Virus record (IMG/VR): IMGVR_UViG_3300012920_000048
Coordinates: 1 to 55,608 of that record
Length of the DNA: 55,608 nt
Reading direction: 5' to 3' (one strand)
DNA from: a virus
Taxonomy: Duplodnaviria > Caudoviricetes
Below the pieces are notes generated by a model. It saw nothing but the letters and a program-made list of their open reading frames with translations, ran no database searches and was not told the DNA's origin. Shown here piece by piece: positions 1-8,113 of this stretch; positions within the stretch are counted from its first letter, which is position 1; each line of letters starts with the position of its first letter. Made by a program: the position numbers and the translations under genes.

Positions 1-2619
1 CATCGCCTCATCAAAGCCGGCTGATGCTTCTTCCTCGAACTTATCAAAGTCGGCTGATGCTTTTTCCGCGAACGCATCAAGACTTCCATCATTACCTTGT
101 GCTTTGTCTATCTCATCAAATATTCCTTTTCTCTCTTTTCTTAGAGCTCGGAGTTCTTTTTCTACTTTAGATTTCTTTGCCATCCAAGCATCTTTTGCTG
201 CCATTGGGTCATCAGTTGCTCTCCAGCTGTCATTCAATGCTGGATCGCCTAGTTCTCCCAGTGCAGCGCTTTCTTCTTCTTTGGCAGCTATTCTTTTATC
301 TACATCTTTAAGTTTCTTAAAAGCAGCATCTTCAGCAGCTGAATCTGGAATTCCAGACCTTTTAGGTTTAGCAGGTTTAGCTGTGCCAGTACCTGTACCT
401 GTTTTAGCTGTCGGCCCTCTTCCACTTTTAGCATTTTTCATTGCTTGAGCTGCTAAATCTCCGGCGCTCATATCTAACATCTCATTTGCTTTTGCGTGTG
501 TTCCTCCCAATTCTTGTGAAACGGTATCAACAGCTTCTGTTGGAGTAGCGCCCGCCTCCATCAAGTCCTTCATTTTTTGTTCTCCCTGTTCGGGAGTTAA
601 AGGTTTTTTCTTGGCAGTAACTTCTATCTCTTGAAGTGCCTCATCTGTACTTACTAAACCGCCTTCATTTTTCTGAACTTTGGCACCGCCCTTTGCCTCT
701 TGATACTCTTCATCGGACATTAACATAAATGGTTCAGATTCCGCACGCGGGTTTAGCGCCCGATATTCTTCATCGGATTTCATTTTAAATGGTTCAGATT
801 CCTTGAGTGGGTTTTTCTCCCGATATTCTTCATCGGATTGGAGTTTAAATGCTTCTCCTTGATCTACTTCTGCAATTGATGTAGATCTCAACTTATCTAA
901 CATTTCTTGATCTGTTTGTTTGAGAGCAGGTTTATCAGACTCTGTTTTCTTAGCTTCTACAACAGGTGCTACGACTTCATCTACAACTTGTTCTTTTACT
1001 TTCTCTTTTATTTCTCCACCAAAGAATTCATATAAAGATTTAGATAAATCGTTACCATCATCTCCTCCCAACATACCAAAGGAAAGTCCTGATATTAATC
1101 CTCCTGCTCCACTAGCTAACTTTTGTCCTAGTGTAGCATCTTCACCTTCTTCTAAATTAAATTCTGATAATCCTTCTCTTGTAAATGCTTGTTGCCCACC
1201 TTTAAACAAACCATAACCTGCCGAAGCTACTGCCGCTGCTGGACCAGCAAATCTTGCTGCACCTGCTGCTAATCTTGCTCCGCCTCTAAGTAATTTGCCT
1301 CCTGCAGATTTTGCTTTACCTAATAATGCTTTACCTTTTGTTGCTAAAGCACCGCCCATTAATCCTTCTACAACACCGGGTCCTCCGCCTCCACCGCCAG
1401 CACCGACGCCTCCGCCTTCTTTTAATACTTCTAATACTTCTTTAAGTGTTTCTTCTGTGGCAAGTTTATCTTTATCTGCTGCTATGCCTGTTCTACTAGC
1501 TACTATTTTTTCTCTTTTACTTTGTGCTGGCGCAGGTCCTGTTCCTGCTGCAGTTGGTGTATCCACACCATATTGTTCTCTCATTTTTTGAGCATAGTCT
1601 TTCTTTTCAGTACTCAACTCAGGTGTAAGATAATCCAAGCCTTGGTTTATTGCTTCTTGTTCTGCCTCTAATCTGCCTGCTCTATTTGCTGAACTTGTTT
1701 CTTTAAATGGTGCAAATTTTGTTAGTCCGCCAGAGTCTGCTTTCCCCATAATATTTTCCATAGAAAACATTTGCTTAAGACCTTCTTTACTAAATAAATC
1801 TGTGCCTTGCTCTACACCAAATATAGATCCTTTGATAGCTCCTTTTACTCTATCTCCATAAGTTCCTTTAACGTCTTGTTCTACTTGATCTAATCCTAAA
1901 GATTCTGCCAGTTCAGGACTTGCTGTTTTTCTAAGTTTTGCTATTTTTGTAAGGGCTGCTTTTTGATCGCCTTCCTTAAGAGCTGCTCCCAATTCTTTTA
2001 AATTTTTTGTATTTGTTTCGTCGCCTTGTAATGCTTCTGTAATTTTCCCATCACCTCTATCTGCAAATATGTTTGATGCTAAAGTAGATCTTCCTTGGGA
2101 TACTCTTCTTTTTGAAGCATTTTTTGTTGCGCCTATAATTCCGGTAGCTTGTTTAGCCACACTTGCAAGATCAACAAGTGCTGTGGATGAACTTCCGCCT
2201 CCACTGGTAGTGCCTCCTCCGGTACCACCACCGCCACCGCCAGCGCCTCCGCCTCCGGTGCCTCCACCAATTCCTCCTCTTTGAAGGATTTGTAATATTT
2301 TTTGGTTTTGTTCCAGCATTACAGTTCTTGCTGCTTTAGCCCCAGCATTATGTTTTACTTGTTTTACATTAATAGCTTGTTGTTCTTTTTGAGCCTTTCT
2401 TGTAGCCTTATTCGCTTTCATTTCGCTATTAAACATGATGACTTCTTTAGCGATTTGAATCTTATTAAATTTCTTATTTGATTCAGCGTCATCTTTTAAT
2501 GCTTTTGTTTCCGCTTTAATAGAAGCTTCTAAATCTTCAATGTCTTTGGAAATATCAGCGTCAGGCAATTCCCCAATAAGATTTGCTATTCCTTGTAACT
2601 GTTGATCTATGTCTGGCAT
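1..2619 (-). CDS. Tape-measure/gp29-like protein, truncated at window start (>=873 aa)
   Basis: Absent from the ORF track because there is no stop in the window. Hand translation from ATG at 2619 (MPDIDQQLQGIANL...) stays open to base 1. Helical, Gly/Ala/Lys-rich, with poly-Gly tracts and an ARFAGPAAAVASAGYGLF segment; lies directly downstream of gp26/gp51. Confidence 0.65.
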   Translation of the reverse strand, partial: MPDIDQQLQGIANLIGELPDADISKDIEDLEASIKAETKALKDDAESNKKFNKIQIAKEVIMFNSEMKANKATRKAQKEQQAINVKQVKHNAGAKAARTVMLEQNQKILQILQRGGIGGGTGGGGAGGGGGGTGGGTTSGGGSSSTALVDLASVAKQATGIIGATKNASKRRVSQGRSTLASNIFADRGDGKITEALQGDETNTKNLKELGAALKEGDQKAALTKIAKLRKTASPELAESLGLDQVEQDVKGTYGDRVKGAIKGSIFGVEQGTDLFSKEGLKQMFSMENIMGKADSGGLTKFAPFKETSSANRAGRLEAEQEAINQGLDYLTPELSTEKKDYAQKMREQYGVDTPTAAGTGPAPAQSKREKIVASRTGIAADKDKLATEETLKEVLEVLKEGGGVGAGGGGGGPGVVEGLMGGALATKGKALLGKAKSAGGKLLRGGARLAAGAARFAGPAAAVASAGYGLFKGGQQAFTREGLSEFNLEEGEDATLGQKLASGAGGLISGLSFGMLGGDDGNDLSKSLYEFFGGEIKEKVKEQVVDEVVAPVVEAKKTESDKPALKQTDQEMLDKLRSTSIAEVDQGEAFKLQSDEEYREKNPLKESEPFKMKSDEEYRALNPRAESEPFMLMSDEEYQEAKGGAKVQKNEGGLVSTDEALQEIEVTAKKKPLTPEQGEQKMKDLMEAGATPTEAVDTVSQELGGTHAKANEMLDMSAGDLAAQAMKNAKSGRGPTAKTGTGTGTAKPAKPKRSGIPDSAAEDAAFKKLKDVDKRIAAKEEESAALGELGDPALNDSWRATDDPMAAKDAWMAKKSKVEKELRALRKERKGIFDEIDKAQGNDGSLDAFAEKASADFDKFEEEASAGFDEAM
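702..852 (-). repeat. 60-bp tandem repeat (~2.5 copies) encoding FxxxSDEEY...ESEP
   Basis: GATA(T/C)TCTTCATCGGA recurs at ~702, 762 and 822 with an exact 60-nt period, in frame in the tape-measure-like gene. Confidence 0.85.
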
Positions 2620-2622
2620 TTT

Positions 2623-2763
2623 TTAAAACCTATTTCTGTTTGCTCTTTCCTTTGCTCTCTCGGCCTTCTCTTTCAAGTGACCTACTAACATACTAACATA
2701 AACTTCCCTTTCCCAGGGCATCATACTTTCTAACTCTGTTAGACTATATTGATGTTCTTGCAT
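2623..2763 (-). CDS. gp51: gp51-like baseplate hub assembly protein (46 aa from ATG; frame open upstream to the gp26 end)
   Basis: Hand translation MQEHQYSLTELESMMPWEREVYVSMLVGHLKEKAER; the NYYRTNFLLM...YSLTELExMMPWERxxY pattern is typical of T4-like gp51; follows gp26. Confidence 0.75.
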   Translation of the reverse strand: MQEHQYSLTELESMMPWEREVYVSMLVGHLKEKAERAKERANRNRF

Positions 2764-2813
2764 TAACAAAAAATTAGTCCTGTAATAATTATCAAGACTC
2801 TCCTGAGAAAGGC

Positions 2814-3500
2814 TTAGGCGAAAAAATGTTCGTATCCATTAATATTAACTATTTGTTCTGCTCCACAATGTGGACATCTGTAGTCTATATTATGAGATAA
2901 CGCTGGCATCTTTGCCATGAAAGCTTTCATCTCTTCCATAATATTAAGAGGAAGTTCTTCAATAAATTCTATTTGTTCCTCTTTTGTTGCCTCAGAAAAA
3001 ATACTTTTTTCTTCTTCTGTTTCAATTGACTCTATACATTCAGCTACATAATCTATATCTTCTAATCCGCCCTTGGCAATTTTTAATGCACTGGGGTATT
3101 TCATTTTTATAGCCATGCTATCGCCAACCTTAATAACAGGATCTGGCAAACTGTCTAATCCTTTTACTTTAAGATTTTCTAATTCTAATTCATAAGGAGA
3201 TGTTTCTTTACACTCCCCACAAATAAGATTAAATTCTTGTGTCTGTCCTACAGAGTCCATTCTTATTTTCATAAACAAACCTTGTAGATCATACATTGTT
3301 AATTCTTCTACATCGAGTTCTCCGAATGTACAATTATTAACAACTTGTGAAGCAGCCCTAACCATCTCTTCGAAAGAGGACTCTTCATCACTAGCCATCA
3401 TTAGAATCTTTTGTTCTCTTACAAGAAAAGGCCTATACTTTACTACTTCTCCTGTAGATAAACTTGCTTCCGATATTGGCTGTTCAATTTTAGGTAACAT
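2814..3500 (-). CDS. gp26: Baseplate hub assembly protein gp26-like
   Basis: MLPKI...YRPFLVREQKILMMA, KIRMDSVG, two CxxC pairs (CGEC, CPHC), ends GYEHFF. Confidence 0.85.
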   Translation of the reverse strand: MLPKIEQPISEASLSTGEVVKYRPFLVREQKILMMASDEESSFEEMVRAASQVVNNCTFGELDVEELTMYDLQGLFMKIRMDSVGQTQEFNLICGECKETSPYELELENLKVKGLDSLPDPVIKVGDSMAIKMKYPSALKIAKGGLEDIDYVAECIESIETEEEKSIFSEATKEEQIEFIEELPLNIMEEMKAFMAKMPALSHNIDYRCPHCGAEQIVNINGYEHFFA

Positions 3501-3520
3501 AATTTTTCTCCATTTTCAAA

Positions 3521-4066
3521 TTATCCTGATGCAATAGATTTTAAATCTTCAGACTCCCAATAGGCAGCAGACATAATTAAAGTATTTCTTACGGCTGATG
3601 TTGTTCCATGGGATAAAGGCACCAAGTTTAAAACTTTAGGCATTGCTTCGTGCAATGTCCATCTTCTTGTTAGATTGTTTTGCATATCCAAACAATCAAT
3701 TAAAACAGTAGCATAGATATCCTCAGGAAATGCAACCTCTTGACTCTTAGCATTCACACAAGCGTCAATCCATTGTTCACATTGTCCTCTTAGATGCCAA
3801 TCTCCTGTAGTAAGGAATGTAAAGTTTATTTCGTTTCCTAAGAAACCTAACTTTGTATTTCTAAAGAAAGTCCAAGGACCTATATTAAATTCTTTATTGC
3901 TTAAAATAGCACCTGGTATTTGTACTTCCTCACAGAATAGTTGAAAGTCTACTTGTGCATTTGTATCTAAGTAATTAGATAATACAGTAACTTCAAATCT
4001 TTCTGCACGGGCAAAAGAATCTTTGACTAATCTATTTTTGTATTCATCAAATTTTCTAAAAGCCAT
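3521..4066 (-). CDS. Tail-tube-fold baseplate protein (gp54-like tube initiator / gp19 paralogue)
   Basis: ARAERFEV, FCEEVQIPG, INFTF, QWID and LHEAMPK echo the gp19/gp54 fold; lies between gp2 and gp26. Confidence 0.65.
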   Translation of the reverse strand: MAFRKFDEYKNRLVKDSFARAERFEVTVLSNYLDTNAQVDFQLFCEEVQIPGAILSNKEFNIGPWTFFRNTKLGFLGNEINFTFLTTGDWHLRGQCEQWIDACVNAKSQEVAFPEDIYATVLIDCLDMQNNLTRRWTLHEAMPKVLNLVPLSHGTTSAVRNTLIMSAAYWESEDLKSIASG

Positions 4067-4677
4067 TATCTGCCTCCGGTTGTACTAATGGTCATTCTTC
4101 TTGTTCTTTGTGGTTTTTCCATTGTTTCTCTATATACTTGTCTATCTGAAGCTCCTACAAAATTTTGTACTGGTAAAAATATAGCTGCTTGCCAATTTTG
4201 TGGATCTACTTCTATCATTTTACCTGTTATATTAACTGCCAAATATTTTTTAACAGAGCCTCTAACTTCTGGGAACCTTGAGAAGTTTTTTACAAAACTC
4301 CAAGCAGATTTTAATAAACTTTTATCAGTTATATCTGTTGCTGGTAATAACTTATCTAATAAATTAGCTCTTAATTGTGGAGCTAAATAATGTAAGTTAA
4401 TACCACTAAACCCGCCTGGGAATGGTTCTGTAATTATTACAAGAGGAACTGTATCATAATACGGCAAGTCTGCTTTCCATTTAGGATCGTATGTAAACAT
4501 ATACATTTTACCCACTTCTAATTGTCTTGCTTCTTTACCAAGATCTGTTTGTTGTGCCTCTTGGAATGTATTAACTCCTCGTGCATATGTTCGAATAGCT
4601 CTCTGATACCACAGGACTGAACGGTCCATTTGTTCATCTCTAGCTGCTCTAACAATGTCTGCAAAAGGTGTCGCCAT
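4066..4677 (-). CDS. gp2: DNA end protector protein gp2
   Basis: GKMYMFTYDPKWKADLPYYDTVPL, GINLHYL, VKKYL, WQAAIFLPV. Confidence 0.9.
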   Translation of the reverse strand: MATPFADIVRAARDEQMDRSVLWYQRAIRTYARGVNTFQEAQQTDLGKEARQLEVGKMYMFTYDPKWKADLPYYDTVPLVIITEPFPGGFSGINLHYLAPQLRANLLDKLLPATDITDKSLLKSAWSFVKNFSRFPEVRGSVKKYLAVNITGKMIEVDPQNWQAAIFLPVQNFVGASDRQVYRETMEKPQRTRRMTISTTGGR

Positions 4678-4682
4678 GTAAG

Positions 4683-4690
4683 TATTTATA
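4683..4690 (-). promoter_or_regulatory. T4-type late promoter (gp2-gp54-gp26-gp51-tape measure unit)
   Basis: TATAAATA on the minus strand, 5 nt before the gp2 ATG. Confidence 0.8.
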
Positions 4691-5137
4691 CTAGATACCC
4701 AATTCTTTTTCGGTAACTATCTTAAATTCCATGCCTTGCGCTTTACAAAAATCCTGTGCTGATTTCCATTTGGCCTCGTTTACTCCGTACTGAGCTATCT
4801 CTTGTAAGTGTTTTCTAGTCTTACGCTTCTGAGGTGAGGGAGGTTTTGTGAATCTTTCTGGTTTGACTTCTATTAAATACTTCTTTACTCTATCTTGTTC
4901 TTGTACTTCTATATAAAAATCTACCATATATCTGTGTACTTTATTGTCTAGAGGGTTTCTATAAGGTATTGCAATCTCTTCTGATACCCAACCTTTTATA
5001 GAACTATTAAGATCACACCAGTTCATAAACTTCAACTCGTAACTAGAACGATAGATTATCGAGGTAAAGTCACCAAGATACTTTGCTGGGTTTTTAGGAA
5101 TAAACTTTCCTTTGTATATTTCTTTGGCATAAACCAT
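4691..5137 (-). CDS. gp4: Head completion nuclease gp4
   Basis: YKGKFIPKNPAKYLGD, YRSSYELKFMNWCD, SEE, HRYMVDF, IEVKP, NEAKW, TEKELGI. Confidence 0.92.
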   Translation of the reverse strand: MVYAKEIYKGKFIPKNPAKYLGDFTSIIYRSSYELKFMNWCDLNSSIKGWVSEEIAIPYRNPLDNKVHRYMVDFYIEVQEQDRVKKYLIEVKPERFTKPPSPQKRKTRKHLQEIAQYGVNEAKWKSAQDFCKAQGMEFKIVTEKELGI

Positions 5138-5173
5138 ATAAATAAGTATAATAATTAATTAAAAGTATTTATA
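5137..5173. promoter_or_regulatory. Face-to-face late promoters for gp48 (+, 5137-5144) and gp4 (-, 5166-5173)
   Basis: TATAAATA on each strand at the short divergent intergenic gap. Confidence 0.75.
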
Positions 5174-5183
5174 TCGAGGACTT

Positions 5184-6203
5184 ATGCACTATCCAGACGG
5201 TTTATATGATGATGAACACCCAAATGGTATAAACTTCTATATCATTGCCAAATCTGCAACTGTATCTAATTTTGGATTAGAGGCAGCAGATGCTGATACA
5301 CAAACAGCATTGAGAGATACAATGGGAAATCAAAACAGATCATCATCTGAACACTATGCATCTTCTGTAAGTGCAGCAGGAACAGTGGCAGGAGGTGCTG
5401 GTGCCCTTGCAGCAGGAGGTAAGGGTTCGTCCTTTTTAGGATCAGTAGTGCGAACTGCTGGTGGCGTGGCTGCAGGTGCAACTGCAGGAAGAATTGCAGG
5501 AGAAATCATGGAAAGATCAGGTTCTGCTCCTGGCTCTAGTGTACAACTAGCAGGAGATATTTCATTGTATGTACCTCAATCTGTAGTTGCAGCATATTCT
5601 GCTAATTGGGACGAAGTAGACTTAGGACCTTTTGCAGGTACAGTAGGAACCTCAGGAGCATCTTTTCAAACATTAGCAGACTCATTTGGAGAAGGTACTG
5701 AATTAACAGCAAGGGGAGCAGTTGCAGCAGCTGCTAATATACCAGCTGCCTTAGGAATAGGAGATGTTAATTTTAATGATTTGTTTGAAGCTACAAGTAA
5801 GAAAGTAGGCAACCCATATAAAGAACAGTTATTTAAATCTATGGGCTTTAGGCAGTTTTCATTTCAATATGTTTTCTCTCCTAAAAATGCTGGAGAGGCA
5901 AGTAGAGTAAATGAAATCATAAAAACATTTAAAGAAAACATGCACCCAGATGTTTCTCCTGATGGAATGTTCTTAATTTATCCTTCAGAGTTTATAATAG
6001 AATTTAGTTACAGAGGTGCACCAAATCCAAACTTACCTAAGGTGAGTAATTGTGCATTAAAAAATGTTAAATTAACTTATGGTCCTGATGGAATGATGAA
6101 CACATTCCAAGGCTCGGGCGGTATACCAACAGAAATAACAATGGAACTTCAATTTGTAGAACTAGAAACTCTTACAAGACCTAGATTGGCGGAGGGATTC
6201 TAA
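5184..6203 (+). CDS. gp48: Baseplate tail-tube cap gp48
   Basis: ISLYVP, NPYKEQLFKSMGFRQFSFQYVFSPKN, YPSEF, CALKNVKLTYGPDG, LQFVELETLT. Confidence 0.88.
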   Translation: MHYPDGLYDDEHPNGINFYIIAKSATVSNFGLEAADADTQTALRDTMGNQNRSSSEHYASSVSAAGTVAGGAGALAAGGKGSSFLGSVVRTAGGVAAGATAGRIAGEIMERSGSAPGSSVQLAGDISLYVPQSVVAAYSANWDEVDLGPFAGTVGTSGASFQTLADSFGEGTELTARGAVAAAANIPAALGIGDVNFNDLFEATSKKVGNPYKEQLFKSMGFRQFSFQYVFSPKNAGEASRVNEIIKTFKENMHPDVSPDGMFLIYPSEFIIEFSYRGAPNPNLPKVSNCALKNVKLTYGPDGMMNTFQGSGGIPTEITMELQFVELETLTRPRLAEGF

Positions 6204-6718
6204 TGTACTTTAAAACACTACCTAAAATAATTTATCCTTATACAGACGCAGACGGTAAAAAGCACGGTGCTTTTGTTCCTGATATATTTAGAAGAGTACA
6301 ACTAGATAGATTTTTTAAAAATAGATTAGTTCTTGTAGATTATTTTGTTGATGATGTTGAGAAGCCTGAAGATGTTGCTCACAAGTATTATGGTAGTTCA
6401 GAGTATCATTGGATTGTCCTAATGTCTAATGACATAGTAGATGTTGACAAAGAATGGCCTAAGAAAAGTAGAGACTTACCTAAATATGTTAAAGACAAAT
6501 ATGGAGAAAACAATTCAACTGATGTACATCACTATGTAATTGATGGTACCGACATAATTGTCGACTGGGACGCAGGAAAAGTAGCATCTGGAGAATATAA
6601 AGAAGTTACAAACTTTGATTATGAGGCTGAATTGAATGATAAAAAACGACAAATATTTCTATTAGATAAAATTTATGTAAGAGATATTATAGAACAATAC
6701 AAGCAATTGATGGGATAA
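6203..6718 (+). CDS. gp53: Baseplate wedge protein gp53
   Basis: MYFKTLPKIIY, LysM-like EKPEDVAHKYYGSSEYHWIVLMSNDIVD, EWP, NDKKRQI. Confidence 0.9.
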   Translation: MYFKTLPKIIYPYTDADGKKHGAFVPDIFRRVQLDRFFKNRLVLVDYFVDDVEKPEDVAHKYYGSSEYHWIVLMSNDIVDVDKEWPKKSRDLPKYVKDKYGENNSTDVHHYVIDGTDIIVDWDAGKVASGEYKEVTNFDYEAELNDKKRQIFLLDKIYVRDIIEQYKQLMG

Positions 6719-6719
6719 T

Positions 6720-8105
6720 ATGTCCGGAGAACAGTTAATCAAACCTGGTGATGTTACATGTGATGATTTAACTCTCACAACACATACAGGACAATCATAC
6801 TTACTAAAGGCAGATGCCGAAACAGGGCATGAAGGTTATTTTGCTGAACTTAATTTATACGAAGATGTATTTAATAAATTTGTTACAGGAAAATTATTAT
6901 TAAGAGATGCTTCCAATATGATGGAGCAAGGACCTATTGTAGGTGGTGAAACTATTACAATGAAATGGAGAACAAATACTTTTCCAGGTGATATGCAACA
7001 CTCTATTATGAGAACATTTAAAATTACAGGCATATACACAAGAGCATTAAACAACGATAGAGAACAAATTTATTCATTACATTTTGCTTCTGATGAAGCA
7101 TACAAAGATCAAACAACTATTGTAGGACAAAGATTTGATGGTAAAACAAATGATCTTATTTTAAAAATATATAACGAATTTCTAAAAACAGGAAGACCTT
7201 CATTGCCAGGACAAGCAGCTCCTGGTTTGTTTATAGGAGACGAACCACATAGTTCTAAGATAAGTTTTGTTTCCAATCAATGGACACCGATGCAAATATA
7301 TGATTGGCTTACAAGGTATTGTGTTGGTGCTACAAAGACAGGAGCAGACTTTGTATTTTATGAGTCCCATAAATCTTTTTATTTTACCTCACTACAACAA
7401 AGAATAGACGAACAATTAGATAATATGTTTGAAGAATACATATATGAAATGGGAGGCGCAGAGATTAAGCATAGAGCAAGTGGTTCTTTTAGAGCTATAA
7501 AACTTCCTAAAGAATATGTTACCATAGATAGATTTGTAATACCTAGAACAATGGATACATTTGACGGACAAGATCAAGGCTACTTTGCACAACAAGGCAG
7601 AGCATATGATTTATATAGTAAGGAAAGAGTAACAAATAAAATAGATATCAACGAAGATTTTGATAAATTTGTGCATACAGAAACTAATTGTCCTGTACCT
7701 CAACAAATACCTAGAGAAAAATTAGCAAAGCAAACATTTAAAATATTAAACAGTATGAACAATATGCACCAGGCAAACAATATACCTGGAGGCGAATATG
7801 GTAATAATGATTTAGATAATGTTCCTTCTAACATGTTATATAGAGATAACTATTTTAATTCTTTTAAGGATTATACATTTGAAATACATGTTCCAGGTAG
7901 AACAGATATACAAGTAGGAGATCTAATAAAAATATTATATCCTTCTACAAACTCTAAAGGACCTGGTTCAACATACGACGATATTTTTGATAAAAAATTA
8001 ACAGGTAAATATTTAATTACAGCTATACACCATAAAATAGATAATGTGGCGCATACAATGATTATGGAAGTAGTTAAAAATGGATTACCGGTGCCACCTG
8101 TTTAG
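6720..8105 (+). CDS. Baseplate hub protein (gp27-like)
   Basis: LYEDVF, GPIVGGE, FVFYES, VPGRTDIQVGDLI, LTGKYLITAIHH; lies between gp53 and gp5. Confidence 0.7.
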   Translation: MSGEQLIKPGDVTCDDLTLTTHTGQSYLLKADAETGHEGYFAELNLYEDVFNKFVTGKLLLRDASNMMEQGPIVGGETITMKWRTNTFPGDMQHSIMRTFKITGIYTRALNNDREQIYSLHFASDEAYKDQTTIVGQRFDGKTNDLILKIYNEFLKTGRPSLPGQAAPGLFIGDEPHSSKISFVSNQWTPMQIYDWLTRYCVGATKTGADFVFYESHKSFYFTSLQQRIDEQLDNMFEEYIYEMGGAEIKHRASGSFRAIKLPKEYVTIDRFVIPRTMDTFDGQDQGYFAQQGRAYDLYSKERVTNKIDINEDFDKFVHTETNCPVPQQIPREKLAKQTFKILNSMNNMHQANNIPGGEYGNNDLDNVPSNMLYRDNYFNSFKDYTFEIHVPGRTDIQVGDLIKILYPSTNSKGPGSTYDDIFDKKLTGKYLITAIHHKIDNVAHTMIMEVVKNGLPVPPV

Positions 8106-8113
8106 GAGATAAT

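Noticed and set aside
702-852. Possible CRISPR-like array
   Set aside because: The period is exactly 60 nt in frame, the intervening parts are similar to each other, there are under 3 copies and no cas genes.
104-2284. Plus-strand ORFs including Pro-rich 1295..1591 and 2069..2284
   Set aside because: Antisense shadows of Gly-rich tracts in the long minus-strand gene; no SD or promoter.
2775-2806. AGGAG followed by TTG as an independent gp51 start
   Set aside because: That TTG is in a different frame and closes after about 10 codons; AGGAG is too far from ATG 2763.
4691-5137. TnsA-like nuclease as a transposon marker
   Set aside because: The motifs and position are those of T4 gp4; no other transposition genes or ends.
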